Of a stretch of DNA of 64,000 nt, positions 42,649-57,826 are shown piece by piece. The DNA comes from Chrysomallon squamiferum (lineage: Eukaryota; Animalia; Mollusca). Each line of letters opens with the position of its first letter. Position 1 is the first letter of the stretch. Location: NCBI GenBank assembly GCA_012295275.1, contig CM022668.1:15624001-15688000 (forward strand), in the 5' to 3' direction. The position numbers were made by a program, and so were the translations under genes. The notes beneath the pieces are model-generated. The model did no database searches, was not told the origin of the DNA, and saw nothing but the letters and a program-made list of their open reading frames with translations.

Positions 42649-45119
42649 TATACATACACACACAGATATATACATATATATACATACATACATACATATA
42701 TATATTCACACAAATAGTATAATTGTCAGTTTAGCTGTTGTTATTATTGTTGATGCTGTCGATGATGTTTTGTTGTTTCTGTTGGCGACAGCAAATAAAG
42801 ACTGCTACTGCTACATAAGTTATTTTTGTCCTGACATTTTCTCTTTCTGTTATCAATTTTGTTGCTTTTGTTATTGTATTATCATACTATTTTTAATAAA
42901 GCTAGAGAAATTAAACTTTAAGTTTTTTACTTACATTCAGAACAGATATAATATATTCTTCTAAGACCAGCTTGTTGTTGTAGTCTTGTATAATGTCGTC
43001 GCTGTCGTCGTTATAAATATCAACATCCTTTGGGATATTCCTCTGACATAAAACACAGGAGTTGCATCCGGGATGTTATCATTCTCAAGACTTTTCTTTT
43101 TTCTTTTTTTTTTTATGATGATTTTTATTCAGGCAGTTATAGCAAACATATGTTAATAATTACTGTACAGCAGAATCGTTGTTGTTGTTGTTGTGTTGTC
43201 GTAACTGTTGCTGTTGATGATGACGCCGTTTCATCAGCTGAGATTGCAGTAATGAATTATTGTTTGTAATTTGTTAATATTTTTTTCACGTTGTTAAAGT
43301 CCTTTTTGTTTTGTTATTATTATTATTATTAAATTATTTTTCTTCCTGAATATGTTTGTTTTTGTCAGTTTGAGATCTTTCTTTTTTAACTTCCAAATTG
43401 TTTTTCTTTGTTTTCATTTTAACCGTTGGTAAGGAAAGAGATGGGTTTTTTCTTTTGGCAAGATTGTTTTAATTTTATCACGGATATTTTACAGTCCTTG
43501 ATGTTATAAGTTTCCGTAGGCACAAATGAAATCACGAATCCGGTTAACACAGAATCACTGTCGGTTCATCCGTAAAGGTCTGAGTGTTCAGACTTTTGGA
43601 CATCCTGATTAAAAGGAAATCGTAATTTTTTGTTTAAACTTGACAATATCATTTTATAACAGAAGAGTATCCAGATTGAGCTAATGTCGTAGACCTGAGC
43701 AAGATATGAAAGGGAAAGAATAACTGAAAATAATCACTGATTTAATTTACGAAATTCAAAAATGTTAAGAATCCTTTTTTCATTGAATATAGTAACATTT
43801 AATTAGAAGATCACTGTTTTAATTCCATTACTGTTTATCCGCTGTTAATGTCGATGGATACGAAAAGGCAAAAAGTCCAAAAAACAAGAGGTAAAGTGAA
43901 AAATCGAGATTTTTTCACAATTTTAATAACAAAATTTATAAATTATTTTCTTTCCGTCACGGTTCCAGAAGCGTTGAAAAGTGAAGCAGTTTAGTTTCAG
44001 AATAACTGGAAAGATTTTTGAAAATTTAGAGTATTTTGGAAACAGTTATAGTCATAAATAGTCACACAGAGAACAATGGAGTTGTTGTATAGTCACTGAT
44101 GTTTGAGTTTATTTCTATATATTTTTACAAACTGTTTTTTTTTTTCTTTTGACAGCCTTTCCGCACATAAAGACCACAAACTGTAAATATTAAAATTCCT
44201 GTGTGAAATAATCATCGTATTTATTACTTCAGAATTTCTTTTTTTATTACCACAGTCTCAGAATTTGGCTTTTAAATCCTTGTGGAGGGTTTTTTATATA
44301 ATATTTTGACATTTTTTAAATTTTATTTTATTTAATTCCATTTCACGGATTAAAGGAGTTATTAAGTATCGATCCCACAACACTAAACTTTCCTGGTTTT
44401 GTCAATTTTAAATAAAACATTTTTTTCCTTATACCTTTGAGGTCATTTTGTTCCAAAAATCTAAAGCTGTATGATATTGATTATTCATCTCGTTGTGTTT
44501 TATTTAAATATTTTTATATGGTGGTATTCCATCTTTTTACATCAGTGCATTTAGAACTAAATTCATTAATTTTTGCAGGTATATCCTTTATGTTCGTAAA
44601 TTCCTTTAACCTACAGCTAGGTACTGTCGTTTTGGAGTAATGTATAATCAGTTGTATATTTACTTTCCTTGAGTTTCTTTTGTCGAACATTTTACAGCAG
44701 AATTGTTTTGTTTTTTTTTTCTTTGTAAACTATAAAACTGTTTTTCCCAGCCTCTCATCATTTCTTTAGGTTCCTCTTGTTTTGAATTATTTTTAAACAA
44801 CCACATTCCTTCATTCCGCATGTTAGAATTGTATTTGTTGGATTAATTTAAAACAGTTTTAAATAATAATAATAATAATAATAACATTCCTTATTTGCTA
44901 TCCTTTTGCTTTGTACCTCTTCTTAACTGAGATCGTTTCGTTGTATCGATTCAATAAATTATTTCAACGGTTATATTCCTTCTTCTGTTGTTTCTGTTGG
45001 CTTAATATTCCTTCTCTCCTTCATTCCGTCTGGCTCGTCTTGCAGCAAATTCGCTTGGTTAACTCGTTTCTAAAAGTAATATCCATCCTCCCCATCATTT
45101 GATAATTTTAAATTGACTA

Positions 45120-46060
45120 GACAAAACAAAATGGCGCCCTCCTGCTCATTAAACGCACGTGGGCTGACGTTTCTCATCCCAAAGGTAATTCCCGTTTTGG
45201 TAGCAAGAAGCCAAATTTAACCCAGTTCGCGATATTCTTAGCAAAATTAACAGCCACAGTCTAATTTCCATCACGGAGGTCGAAAACCGTAGAATCCATA
45301 GCAACGAGAATCCACACAAATCAGAAATTTAAATTCTGCGTTCGGTTTTTCTTCCATCAACCTCATCACACATTGATATTTTTCCAGCGAATTTATGAAC
45401 GGGATCGTTATTTGATATTACAGTCATGACCTCAGTTTTAATCTTTCTTTTTTTTTTTTTTTTTTTTTTTAAACCCGCTAACGATATTTTTAAAGAAAAA
45501 AAAAAAGACGAAATGTAAAGTTGATTTTAACTTTTCAGTTTCATTGTGGTCAAATCCTTTACCCCACTCGATCGCTACCTCTACTTCTGCTCGACTAACA
45601 CCAAAAATCGGTCCCCTCATCGGAATAATGAATATATAGACGTTTTCATTTGCGTAAATGGAGAAAATTGCATTTCATTCGCGCCATGTTTTGTACTTCA
45701 GAACGTCAGAGTTGACGCGCGTGACTCCATGGCAACGGCCGAAAAATCGATGTCAGGGCGCCACACAATGCCAAATATAGAAGACCGCTTTATGTTTTTC
45801 TCCGATTGCGGGACGAACCTTTTCTCTCTTCCTACCGATTTATTGATCAGTGGTGGCGAAGCGTTGACGCTGTTGTTCAATCCTGTGATAAAAATGATGC
45901 TGCTGACGTCAGCGACAACGGTCCCCACAGCGACGAAAGAATAATATTGCATTATTCAGACGCCAGAGGCGGTCGGTGTGTCGTCTGTCTGTTAAAACAG
46001 ACAGTTAACGATGTCATTTCGGATCGAGTTGTTAGTTGCGTCTGTCCTTTTGACAAGTCA
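45120..46060. promoter_or_regulatory. About 1 kb CpG-rich promoter-like island
   Basis: Long CpG-rich unique tract. YY1-type AAAATGGCG (45128) and CGCCATGTTTT (45682), RFX-type CCATAGCAAC (45296) and CCATGGCAAC (45727), CRE at 45904. Confidence 0.5.
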
Positions 46061-47147
46061 GCGCTGATTGTCAATTACAATAAGCACAGTCTCGACTTGT
46101 TAGTGGTTAAAAAGTCGTTTTTTTTTTTTTTTTACGCTTTTAAAATAAGACCTTTTTTTATTATTTATGTGTTTTATTATTATCTTTTGGTATTGTTGTT
46201 GTTGTTGTTGTTGTTATTATTATTATTGCTATTTTTATTATTATTATTATTATTATTATTTAAATTATTTTATTTTATTTATTTTTTTATTTATCAAAAA
46301 TAAATATACCATAACAAGTATATCAAACAGAATTTATACATACACATGCGTACACGTATACACATTAGCACATGCATATTTAAATACATACATAAACACA
46401 CAAACACACACGTACACACACATACACACATACATAAACACACACGTACATACGTACATACACATACACATACATACAAACGTACATATATAAATAAATA
46501 CACACATTCATACATGCATGCAGGTACCTATACACACAAATACAAACACATATGCATACATACAAGCATGCATGCATGCATGCACATACAGACATATATG
46601 TTCTAGGTAACAAAATTAAACAGAGAAAATAACAAATAAAACTTCAGACGCCTACTGCAGATGTTTAAATTTTTGCTTACGTTTATTTAATATTTCATAA
46701 CAGTATCAACGTCTCTTGACAAATAAATTAAGAAAGGCTGAAACATATTAGAAATAAACTTTCTACATCAGTAAACGGAAAAAAAAAAAATAATATTATT
46801 ATTACTAGAAAACGAAGAACAAATCAATTAGCGGTGCAGAAGACGATAAAAGGAAAATAATTACGGTAATGTTCTGCTTATATTACAGTTCATTTGAGAC
46901 GAACCATTAAGTAGATAACTTAAGTGGAATTTAGAATTTAATTAAGTGTGAGTGCATTAGATAATTCAGGATTCTGTGACATGCACTAAGAACAGCCATA
47001 ATGCTGCACTCGATTGCATTGTTGTATTGAATGGTATGTTATGTAGTATTGTGTTTAATTGATTGTATCTTACAATATTACACTGTACTGTAACGTACTG
47101 TTTTTGTATTGTTCTGTATTAAAATGATGTGTGGTGTAGTTTAGTGT

Positions 47148-47149
<2 letters not shown>

Positions 47150-47204
<55 letters not shown>

Positions 47205-47237
47205 GTGCATATATATATATATATCACTCTCTTCCTT

Positions 47238-47330
<93 letters not shown>

Positions 47331-47344
47331 ATATTAACATCTAA

Positions 47345-47433
<89 letters not shown>

Positions 47434-47434
47434 T

Positions 47435-47509
<75 letters not shown>

Positions 47510-47540
47510 CTGTGTATATATATATATCACTCTCTTCCTT

Positions 47541-47623
<83 letters not shown>
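47150..47623. repeat. Higher-order compound repeat of five (CT)n tracts with a duplicated spacer
   Basis: Spacer ATATATATCACTCTCTTCCTTAGT occurs near 47217 and near 47520. Confidence 0.9.
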
Positions 47624-47629
<6 letters not shown>

Positions 47630-47845
47630 TTCTCAGTATTTCTGTATAAATAAGTTCTTCTAACGCCATTTACATTTTTCTTTCTCTCACTGCTATCGAT
47701 ATTTTCACTATCATATAATTCCCTCAAAATCCTTTCCGGACAAAACAAATAAAAAAGAAAGCTGTAAGTTTAAAAAAAAAAAATTAGAACAAACTGAAAT
47801 CATGTTCTAAATAACCTGTGACTGAGCTATTTTACTAAAACAATG

Positions 47846-47877
<32 letters not shown>

Positions 47878-48579
47878 AAAAATTTAAAAGAAGAAACAAA
47901 AAATGAATTCTCGAAATACCAACAAAATGCATGCAGGCATGATAAATTGACGGAATTTACTTCAAAGAAGAAAAAATAGGGTCACGTGGTGTGGACGTTG
48001 CTACGGGTAAGCTGATATATATCTAGCCATCTCGGGGACCTCGCGCGTGCTAATGGCTGTCAAAAAGGATTAAATGGGCAAACACGAATTTCAGACCGAA
48101 CCACGTGAAGGATTCTCAGTGTAATATAACTGGGCTTTAAAAAAGGAAAAATCTTTCTTTCTTTTTTTATCTTTTTTTTTAAACTGTTAAATATATGTCG
48201 CTAAATACTGAACGTACGTCGTCACACATCGCGCATGCGCAGAATGTAATGTTAAAGGTACATTTCTTAACTTGTATCCAGAGAAGAAGTGATTAAACTA
48301 ACTTGTTGCGTATTTGATTTGTTTTATTAATAAAAAAAAAAAAAAAATGGAACAAGGAAATTTAATATGTAGGTTTTTTATTTACAGGATAGTACATACC
48401 AGAATATTTTAGCATATTCTGCTTATTGTTCTTGTTCATTCATGGCACAGAATCGTTTGTTTTACCTTTTTTGTTTCTACTATTTCGAAAAAAAAATCTA
48501 AAGTAGAAGAGCTGTTGTAGTAGTTGTATTAGTTGCAGCAGTAGTAATAAGGCAGCAGCAGCCAAACAGAGCGTAGTAA

Positions 48580-48581
<2 letters not shown>

Positions 48582-48615
<34 letters not shown>

Positions 48616-48655
48616 CAACAATAATAATAATAATAATAATAACAATAATAATAAC

Positions 48656-48744
<89 letters not shown>

Positions 48745-48795
48745 CAATAACAATAGTAATAAAAGTAATAATAATAATAATAATAACAATAATAG
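48582..48795. repeat. (AAT)n microsatellite
   Basis: Direct inspection. Confidence 0.95.
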
Positions 48796-49688
48796 TAAGA
48801 AGAAGAAGAATAGTAGTAGTAGTAGTAGTAGTAATGATGATGATGATGATGACTTTAATATTACGTTACACGAAAGAGGATTATCTTTCTAAATATGTTT
48901 ATTTTATTTTATTTTTTTATTCATTTATTTTTTATTTATTTTAAATTCCTTTTCCTTTCCCATCCGTTCATTTTTTCTAAACCCTTATTTTCATTTTCTT
49001 TGATAAAAATACTTGAAGTTTTATTTCGCGTTTTCAAACACATTTACAAGAGTTCGACGCGGGTTTATCGTAACATTCATGGCGTCCAGAAAACACATTT
49101 TTTATCTTTTTTATATTTTTGTTCTGTTTCGTTTTTGATCTGCCCTTCGCCATAGCACTCCCTTGTCCGTCACTGGGGATTTGAGAAAACAAGGCGATGT
49201 TTACAAAACTTTCTTACAACGTCACGTGATACGCTTGAACAAAGGAGGAATCTACATTCATGAAACGAAACGTAACTTCCGGTCTGTTGTGTTGTTTGGG
49301 TCGTTTTTCAATTAACTTTCAACGATGTCAGTTGAAGTGAATTTAAAGGAATGTCGGAGGCGGTATTACCTTTATTTTCATTTTATTTTCATTTTATTTT
49401 ATTTTATTTTTTTGTTTGGTTTATATTTATGCATTAAGGCATCTAATCATTCATTCACACAAAGCTGTAATTCATACATTGTCCGAAAAGACTGAAACAG
49501 CATTTAAAAATTAATTTATGTTTTTCTCGGAATTAATTAAATACCTGTACGAAATTGATAATAACTGAAATATGACATCTGTTTCATATTTTATATCGTA
49601 TTCAATGCACGATGTTATTTTATATTGAAATATGTACTATATGAATTAATGTTTATTTATAACCATAATATCTATCTATCTATATGTA

Positions 49689-49758
<70 letters not shown>

Positions 49759-50999
49759 TATATATATGTGTGTTTATGTGTGTGTATATATATATATATT
49801 AGGAGTTATTTTATTTGTAAAACAAATAATATTTCTAACTCTACAACTAACCCTTAATCCATTTGCTTCTGGAGATAACATATTTCGCTGGAAAATAAGT
49901 TTTAAAAATGATTACTTTATTGTAACTGCTTAATAATATTCATCTCCTGTTTGTGTACGAATGGGTTTTTTTCTTCTTGTGAATATAGATATGAATACGT
50001 TTACTGCAAACAGATCTCATTCTGCGTACTCAACGCTCATACGGCGACTGAAATTTCGAGTCAAAACGAAAAACAAATGTCCGATTCGCCGAGTTAACAA
50101 AATAGATACATTTCTGTTTGTTTTTCCGTTCATTGACGAAAGTTGCCGAATGAGGCCCAGCTGTCGGCCATTCTCGCTTCAAATCGTACTCGCGAGGTCA
50201 CGACGTAAGCCCCGCCATGCGGGAGTCGTAAGAAAGGAAAATATCAAGAAGGATAATTCCCCCGAGGTTTCTTTGTTCCCATCTGACAAACATAAGAGTT
50301 TTACTCCTCACTTCGTTTCTCGCACGTGGACCCGTTTGAAGTGCGGGGCGTGCGGGGCAGTGGGGGTGGGTGGGTGGAGGGGGGAGATATCGTTAACCAT
50401 TTGCACCGAGTCCCTTGTTTAATCAAATCTTTTATGAATGAAAAAATAATTCAGTTTGATGCCAGAAACAGCTAAGTATTTTCTCAAAATCAGATTCGAA
50501 AGGAATGTTGCTGATATTGTGTTGCATTAAATTTTGAATCTCTCTCTTTCGTTCCAGTTGTCACTGTTTTACGTCTGCTGAAACAAACATGTCGTTTGGC
50601 AATTTGGTTTTTTGCCTTTTCAAGCAGACGATACATTTTCATTGTCAGCGACAAACTCTCTCGTTCATGTAGCCCCGATATACATCTTCATCTTCAGTCT
50701 TTAACCTCCGTTTGCCCGTCTGTCTATCTTCCTCTGTCGTTCTTCTCCCATTCCATCCTGATATGTCCTCTGTCTCAGTCACTGTCACTTACTCTTTCTC
50801 TCTCTTTCTTATTTTGTACGTTTTTCTTCCTGTCTGAACCTTATTCTCTTCCTGCTGTCAATCTCTTTTTATCTGTTTCTTTGTCTCTATCTCTGCGTAT
50901 ATAATCTATCTATCTATCTGTATGTCCATCTCTCTATCTTTCTCTTTCTATATATTATTTTCTGGTCTCTCGCCATCTGTGTTTGTGTGTGTGTGTGTG

Positions 51000-51043
<44 letters not shown>

Positions 51044-52295
51044 TTTTTCTTTCTCTTTTACTCTGTATGTCCTTATTGCTTTATTTCCGTCTCAACTCTT
51101 ATTAATATCATCCATCATCATCATTGTCATCATCATCGTCATCGTCATCATTTTCGTTTATCAACATTCGTCAGTATCTGTTTCTTACAAACACAAACAC
51201 GCTCATGTGCTTTACACTTGACTGTAAACCGCTGGTGTTGTGTTTCAAGCAAACACTCTTTTTGGCTAAATAACGCCACGTACATAAATTTACTTTGGAA
51301 AACGAGACCGAAGTCTTGCAGAATGATATTTCACTTCTGTCATTTGTTCCGTGTGTACGTGTTGTTTTTGTAAATTAGCACTTTGCTAACTAAACACGTT
51401 TTTCGCCTGCACGTAATCACAACAAACACGGCCATGTGCATTTTATTCGCGTTTGTTTTTCAAGCATGTTGCTGTGCAAGGCAAAAAATTAAAGAATAAT
51501 TAATACGGTGTGAAGTTGACGTAGTTGTTGTTGTTGTTGTTGTCAAAATGATAGCCTGTCCGATGCGTTGGCCAGTATTTGGTTCAGACTGTTTCATGTT
51601 GAAAATGACGACAGTAACAACAACAATAAGAAGGATAAAAAATAATAGCAGCAAAAACGACGACGACAACGATGATGATAATGATGATAACAGCAATGAC
51701 AATAGCAAAAGCAGCAACAGAAACAGCGACAACATTAGGGACAACAACTGCAACAATAATAATAATAACAATAACAGCAACAAATAAAGAAATGAATAAT
51801 AATAATAGTAATAGTAATAATATTGACAGGTGGTTGATTCTCGGATTTCGTTTACATTTTCTTTTCTTTTTTCTTTTTTTTTTTTGCTTTCTTTTAAATC
51901 TTAGTCTGATATCTGTTTCTTTTTTTTTCTCACAAATACTTTTCCCGTCTTTTCACAAGAAATGGTTTTTTATTTCTTTTTCTTCTCTAATATCGAAAGT
52001 AAATTAGCAGAACTACAATAAAAAGACAATATATCTAAGAACTGGATCTAGAACAGGATTGAAGTATATTTCTAATATTTTAAAATAATTAACTGCCTCT
52101 GTTTATTTGATTATCTCTCAGTCGATCTTTCTATCTACATATCTATCTATATGTCTATCTTTCTATGTACCTATATATCTATCAATTAACCATATATATA
52201 TATATATATGCATCAGTATACCTATATATCAATGTATCATTGTATTTCTTTATCAATGTATATAAACATCCGTGCATATATGTATCAATCAGTCT

Positions 52296-52405
<110 letters not shown>

Positions 52406-53227
52406 TCCTTCTGTCCTATCTCATCACTCTATCTCCTCTCTGTTATTGTGTTTTGCTCAGATTTGTTTTCTCGAATCTTGAAGACGTCTCAATTTTCGTA
52501 CAACAATCGCGCCAAATCGCGAATGTTTTGTATCTGAATAAACTTCAAGTAAACAGCGCCATGTTGCAGAGATCACCGAAATGTTCACAACAAATACACA
52601 CATCTTGTACTAATCGAAACTCGTAGTCGCTTTGGCTTAATTCCGTTATGGGATTCTAAAAACGTGATCCGACTTAAAGTAAGTAGTATGTGGGTGGGGG
52701 CGAAGGATGTGGCCATATGTTCAGGGGTGGTGGTGGTGGTGGCAGTAACAGTATTTTAGCAGACGATCAAGTTTCGTCAAATTTTCACACGACGTAAAAA
52801 GCTGAAACTGACGTGCATCAAAGGAAATTCTACCACACCTCTTTCTGTTTGAGAAAATAAACAGAAATAAAACGGGTTTATATAAAGTAAGACTGGACAT
52901 GGCTTTTGTAAGCTTAGACTGTCCTTTCTTTTTCACAGTTATATATTTTTTTTTCTTCATTATTTTAATAATCGTAAATTCATGATCGTCGTAGTTTCGA
53001 TAATACTTTTTTTTTTTTTTTTCCTTCATAATCTTGTTAGATTTGATGATTAAGTATCCAGAATCCCTTTCTATAAAGCCTCATAACATTACAAAGTATT
53101 AATAAATAAAACAACTAATAATACAAAAAAGAAAGAAAGAAAAACGTGGTGAGAAAGGAACATAGCTGAAAAAAAAAGATCAAGAGACAAGAGCGTTTTA
53201 TGTTTACATGTACATGTATATAATTTG

Positions 53228-53326
<99 letters not shown>

Positions 53327-54178
53327 AGAGGAGAGATAACGCAGAAATAGTCACACAGAAAGGGAGATAATAAAAGACACGCAGAAACAGCGTCATTCAG
53401 AAAAAAAAAATATTAAATTAATCAAAACCACAAAATAAATCAAACACATTTAACAACACATTCAATTCATTCACCCCCGAATCTGTCTTAACCACGTGTC
53501 TCTCTGTCTCTCTGTCTGTGTGTGTCTATCCGTCCGTCTGTACTTTTACGCACATAAACAAGAAATTCCACTCTAAGTCGGCACCGTCTGTTTCCCCAAA
53601 AGTATTTACTTCACACGTTGATACGCGTTGTCCGAAAATATGATTCTAATTCTTCTGTTTATTTACAAGACGCGTATTTTTTTTATATTTTTATTTTTAT
53701 ATTTGACAGGTAGACGCTACCAGAAGACTCTGGGCTGTTCGGAATTGCGTAAAATATTTTCTACGCGCATGTCTCGATTAGACGTAATTCGTCGCAGGAT
53801 TTTTTGTTTGATGCATAACAGGAGCTCCGCGTTGAAGAAGAACGAGCTGCACATTTTGAAATGCATTTCACGACGAATGTGGTGCGCCAGAGAAAAAAGG
53901 AGGGAGACGAATGTGTCGATTATAACAGACAGCAAGGCATCCTGGAAGAGATTAATTCAGCAGGCCGTTCGGAAACGAGTGAATGATCTGGTTAATCGGT
54001 TGCCGAACGGAAGAATGAATGAAAAGAATAACGAATGAGTGAATGAAGAATGAATAATAAATGAACGGAGGAATGAAGGAGAAAGTAATAAAGAATGAAG
54101 TTACTTATATACATATTCTTTCCTTCCTTTATTTGTCCATTCATTAATTTGTTCATCTCGTACAAACACACATACACT

Positions 54179-54211
<33 letters not shown>

Positions 54212-55100
54212 ACACACACACATACATACGAGATACAAAAAAATTAATGAACGAAGAAATAAAGGAAGGAAAAAAGGAAGAAACAATAAACGAATTTATG
54301 AAGTACGAAAGAGCTATAAATGAATGAGTGGATGAATGCATGGTTGAATGAATGAAGGAAAGTACGAAAGAAGGAACGGACGAAAATACCGCAAATAACA
54401 ACACAGTTTCAGAATCTATACCCCCACACACACACACACCCCCCCCCACTCTATCCTTCCCTATTAGTGAAATCTAATTTATTTTATTACATTATTTTTT
54501 TCCACACTAAAAATAGATTTTTCCCATACTCTAGTCTACGTATGACCTGTATATATATATATATTTTTTATCACTTTTATGTAATTAGGCGAATGAGTTT
54601 TTCAAAAACAAAAATGATGTTAATGACGGTGGTCAGTGATGACGTCAGCAATATAAAAACAACAACAGCAACAACAATTACAAAATAATAATAATAAGAA
54701 CAAGAACAAGAACAAGAAAAAAAACGATAGAAACAACAACAACAACAGCAAACACAGTAATAAACTGGTATGTGCTTAACTTTTGCATAAAAGAATTATT
54801 TATTTACGCTGTCAAAAATATTAGTGTAAACCAACGATCGTGAAATTTAACGAGCAAAAAATATGTGACTTTGCTTTGCCCTCCCTGGGTTTGTTTTGCA
54901 GAGGCCCTACTGCTGGAAGAATCAGTGCCAATCCAGTGTTTATTGAAACAAGACTTTTTGTCATTTTTCTCGCAGATTCTTTTGCTGAGGGGGCCAACAT
55001 GCGGAGCTGTCTGTTTGTTTTCGCATTTGGAGACAATATAGCATCGTTTTCGTATTTTAAATATTATTCTCGTCCAGAAATCACGTGACACGTGCGCTAT

Positions 55101-55131
<31 letters not shown>

Positions 55132-55640
55132 TTATTTTAACGAATACTGAATTCGCATAAAGGATAATTTTTTTATTTCTGTAATTAAGTATCACAAACA
55201 ACTGTAACAAAGGTTTTGAAAATAAAATGAAAAATAACATATCGTTTTCAAGAATGGTAAATTGAAAATCAGTTTCATTTTATATATTTATTCAAATAAA
55301 ATGTGAGTAAACTTGTTTAAAAAGATAGTAGTAGTGGCATAATAGTAGTAGTAATAGTAGTAGTTGTTGTTGTTGTAAATGTAATGATAACAACAGCAAT
55401 ATGAATAGCCTTACAAATTATTATATTAAAAATAATTTACATAAATTAATAGTTTCTATGAATCTGTATATACCTCGAAAATTTAAGAAATTCGAAGTCA
55501 GAAACACTGTAAACTAATTTTAAAAATATATTTATTGATTTAGTAAATTGAAACTATTTTAATTTTACAAATATGTTTTTCCTTTCAATTTGCAGGAATA
55601 TTATCAACGACACAAACAACAGTAACAAGAATATAAACGT

Positions 55641-55681
<41 letters not shown>

Positions 55682-55869
55682 TGTGTGTGTGTGTGCATAT
55701 ATATATAAATTATAACAACAACTAATAATAATAATAAATTATATAATTTTTAGCTAATCACTTAGTTTGTTTATTTTAATATATAAAAGTTTCCATTTGT
55801 ACTGATTTATTATTATTTTATTTTTGATAGCTAGCAATAAGAATAAAAGCAGTAACTTATAAGTTATTT

Positions 55870-56012
55870 CCCTTGACGACTTCCGGTGGCGCCACAGCGA
55901 ACGACCTAGCAACGGTTGCCGTTGAATACTTAGAATAATCAGACATCGTTGCAGATTTCTGCATTTTAAAAGCAGGACCATAAGCAACAAGGTTGCTGTT
56001 TATTTAAAGACT
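55870..56012 (+). promoter_or_regulatory. ODAD2 promoter and probable non-coding exon 1
   Basis: ETS-type ACTTCCGG at 55879. RFX-type half-sites CCTAGCAAC (55905) and GTTGCC (55915), with a second pair AGCAAC...GTTGCT at 55983-55997. Donor GTAAGT at 56013. The exact TSS cannot be determined. Confidence 0.7.
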
Positions 56013-56110
56013 GTAAGTATATAGAAAAAATTGTCCTTCGAAAACTAACAGCATATAATATATGGTAACAGCAGAAACAGGCCGAAAGATCAGATATTGA
56101 ATTAATTCTG

Positions 56111-56424
56111 CATCGTAAAGTTGCTTTGTACCTATTATCGTGTTCCTCTATTTCCGTTATGTGTGTTTACTTTTTCTAATAGCTTTTGCCGAATGATTTA
56201 ACTTATATGTATACAGCTCCTAAATTCAACCACTGTTGAGTTGTAATTAATATATAGAAAATTATGTGCGTCAATAACTGTATCATAAAGTTGCTTTTTA
56301 TCTGTTATCGAGTACTTCTATTTCCGTTATGTTTGTTTAATTTTTCTAATAGTTTTTGCCGAATGATTTAACTTATACATATACAGCTCCTAAATTCAAC
56401 CACTGTTATTGCTGTAATTAATAT
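56111..56424. repeat. 170-bp-period tandem duplication in ODAD2 intron 1
   Basis: TAAAGTTGCTTT at 56116 and 56286; TAAATTCAACCACTGTT at 56221 and 56391. Confidence 0.9.
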
Positions 56425-56732
56425 TTATGAAAACTATACCATAGTTACGACTTACTCAGTTTGATATTAATGTTTGTTAAGATTAGATGGTAATGTTTGG
56501 TAACATTAAAATACACACTGATATCATAATAATTAAGTATTATGGGGTTCTGTGCATAAGGCATATATAATTTTTACAACAAAATTCTCACCATCATAAT
56601 TATAATAATAATAAGAATTGTTATTATTGTTTTATAAACATAGAGCATTATTACAATTATCTTTCTTTGCTTACAGTGTTCAGTTAGGAACTTTTTTTTA
56701 TTCTTCTTAATTTTTCTGGAATTATACTAATG

Positions 56733-56733
<1 letters not shown>

Positions 56734-56803
<70 letters not shown>

Positions 56804-56829
56804 TTTATTAACTATTATTATTGTTATTA

Positions 56830-56907
<78 letters not shown>

Positions 56908-56939
56908 ATTATCATTATTATTATCATTATTATTATTAC

Positions 56940-56978
<39 letters not shown>

Positions 56979-56988
56979 TACTATTATT
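56734..56988. repeat. (ATT)n microsatellite abutting the ODAD2 exon 2 acceptor
   Basis: Direct inspection. Confidence 0.95.
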
Positions 56989-57029
56989 AAATTTCTCAGA
57001 TATAGAGCTGGTTAAGAGACACATCCATC

Positions 57030-57259
57030 ATGGGACAAGCTCTTGCACGAGCTGCACAATGGACGTCTGCCAAGGATGGGTCTGGTGGAAAACTCGAGTT
57101 TACTCCAATGAATGAAACTCTGCTGAATCACATCTTGCAGTTTGTTGAAGGATTTGGTTCCAAAATCCCTGAAGAGTCAAAGCTTTTGTTTCGGAAGCCT
57201 CTTACTTGGCAAAGCAAACTAAATGCAACACATTTTAATACTGGTTCTTATGTTGAGAA
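57030..57259 (+). CDS. ODAD2: ARMC4/ODAD2 coding exon 1 (MGQALARAAQWTSAKDGSGGKLEFTPMNE...)
   Basis: ATG at 57030. Acceptor tttctcAG at 56998-56999 upstream, donor GTATGT at 57260 (phase 2). Resembles human [28 protein letters not shown] (recalled). Confidence 0.93.
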
Positions 57260-57826
57260 GTATGTAGATTATATAAATATTTTTGTTTTGTTTAAATATT
57301 TATAGTTTATTTGTTTGTTTTTTTAGAAAATATGTGTATCATATGTCATGTCATTGTAACTATGTATATCTACATTTTATTCAATACAAAATAAAATCCT
57401 AGGTATAGGGTTTATTAATATCTGAACAGGACAAATATTTATACATTATCTAAAAATGAAAAAACAAATGCATTATTGTAGAATTATGTGTAAAACTGAC
57501 TAAATAAATAAGTTACTTTTCATTATTTTTTTTTTTTTTTGGATGAATATTTATTAGAGTTACACTTAATTACAGAAACAGAAAATTATAAATATTCTAT
57601 CTCAGACATAATTAAATTTCAACATCTATGATTTTTGTTGCAGATCTTATTGTATGTTTTTCTTACAAACAACCAAAGCGGGATAATAATTTCAGATTAG
57701 CTACATTTGACTTAATACACGTGTATCAAAATCTCCAATCTGGGGACACAAGAATACAATTATTACTCATGAAAGATTGTTAGGGTTATTTTAATGTTTA
57801 TTTAATTAATTTTTTTTGTGTCTCAG

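Noticed and set aside
45546-46303. Overlapping 84-165 aa ORFs in the CpG-rich island
   Set aside because: No recognisable homology. ORFs of this length are expected in less AT-rich sequence.
53628-54038. 136-aa ORF with an acceptor-like ttgacAG near 53709
   Set aside because: Non-ATG start, no recognisable domain, and it runs into a (GAAT)n repeat.
57030-57050. N-myristoylation signal (MGQALA)
   Set aside because: Gly2 is present but there is no Ser/Thr at position 6, which is too weak to call.
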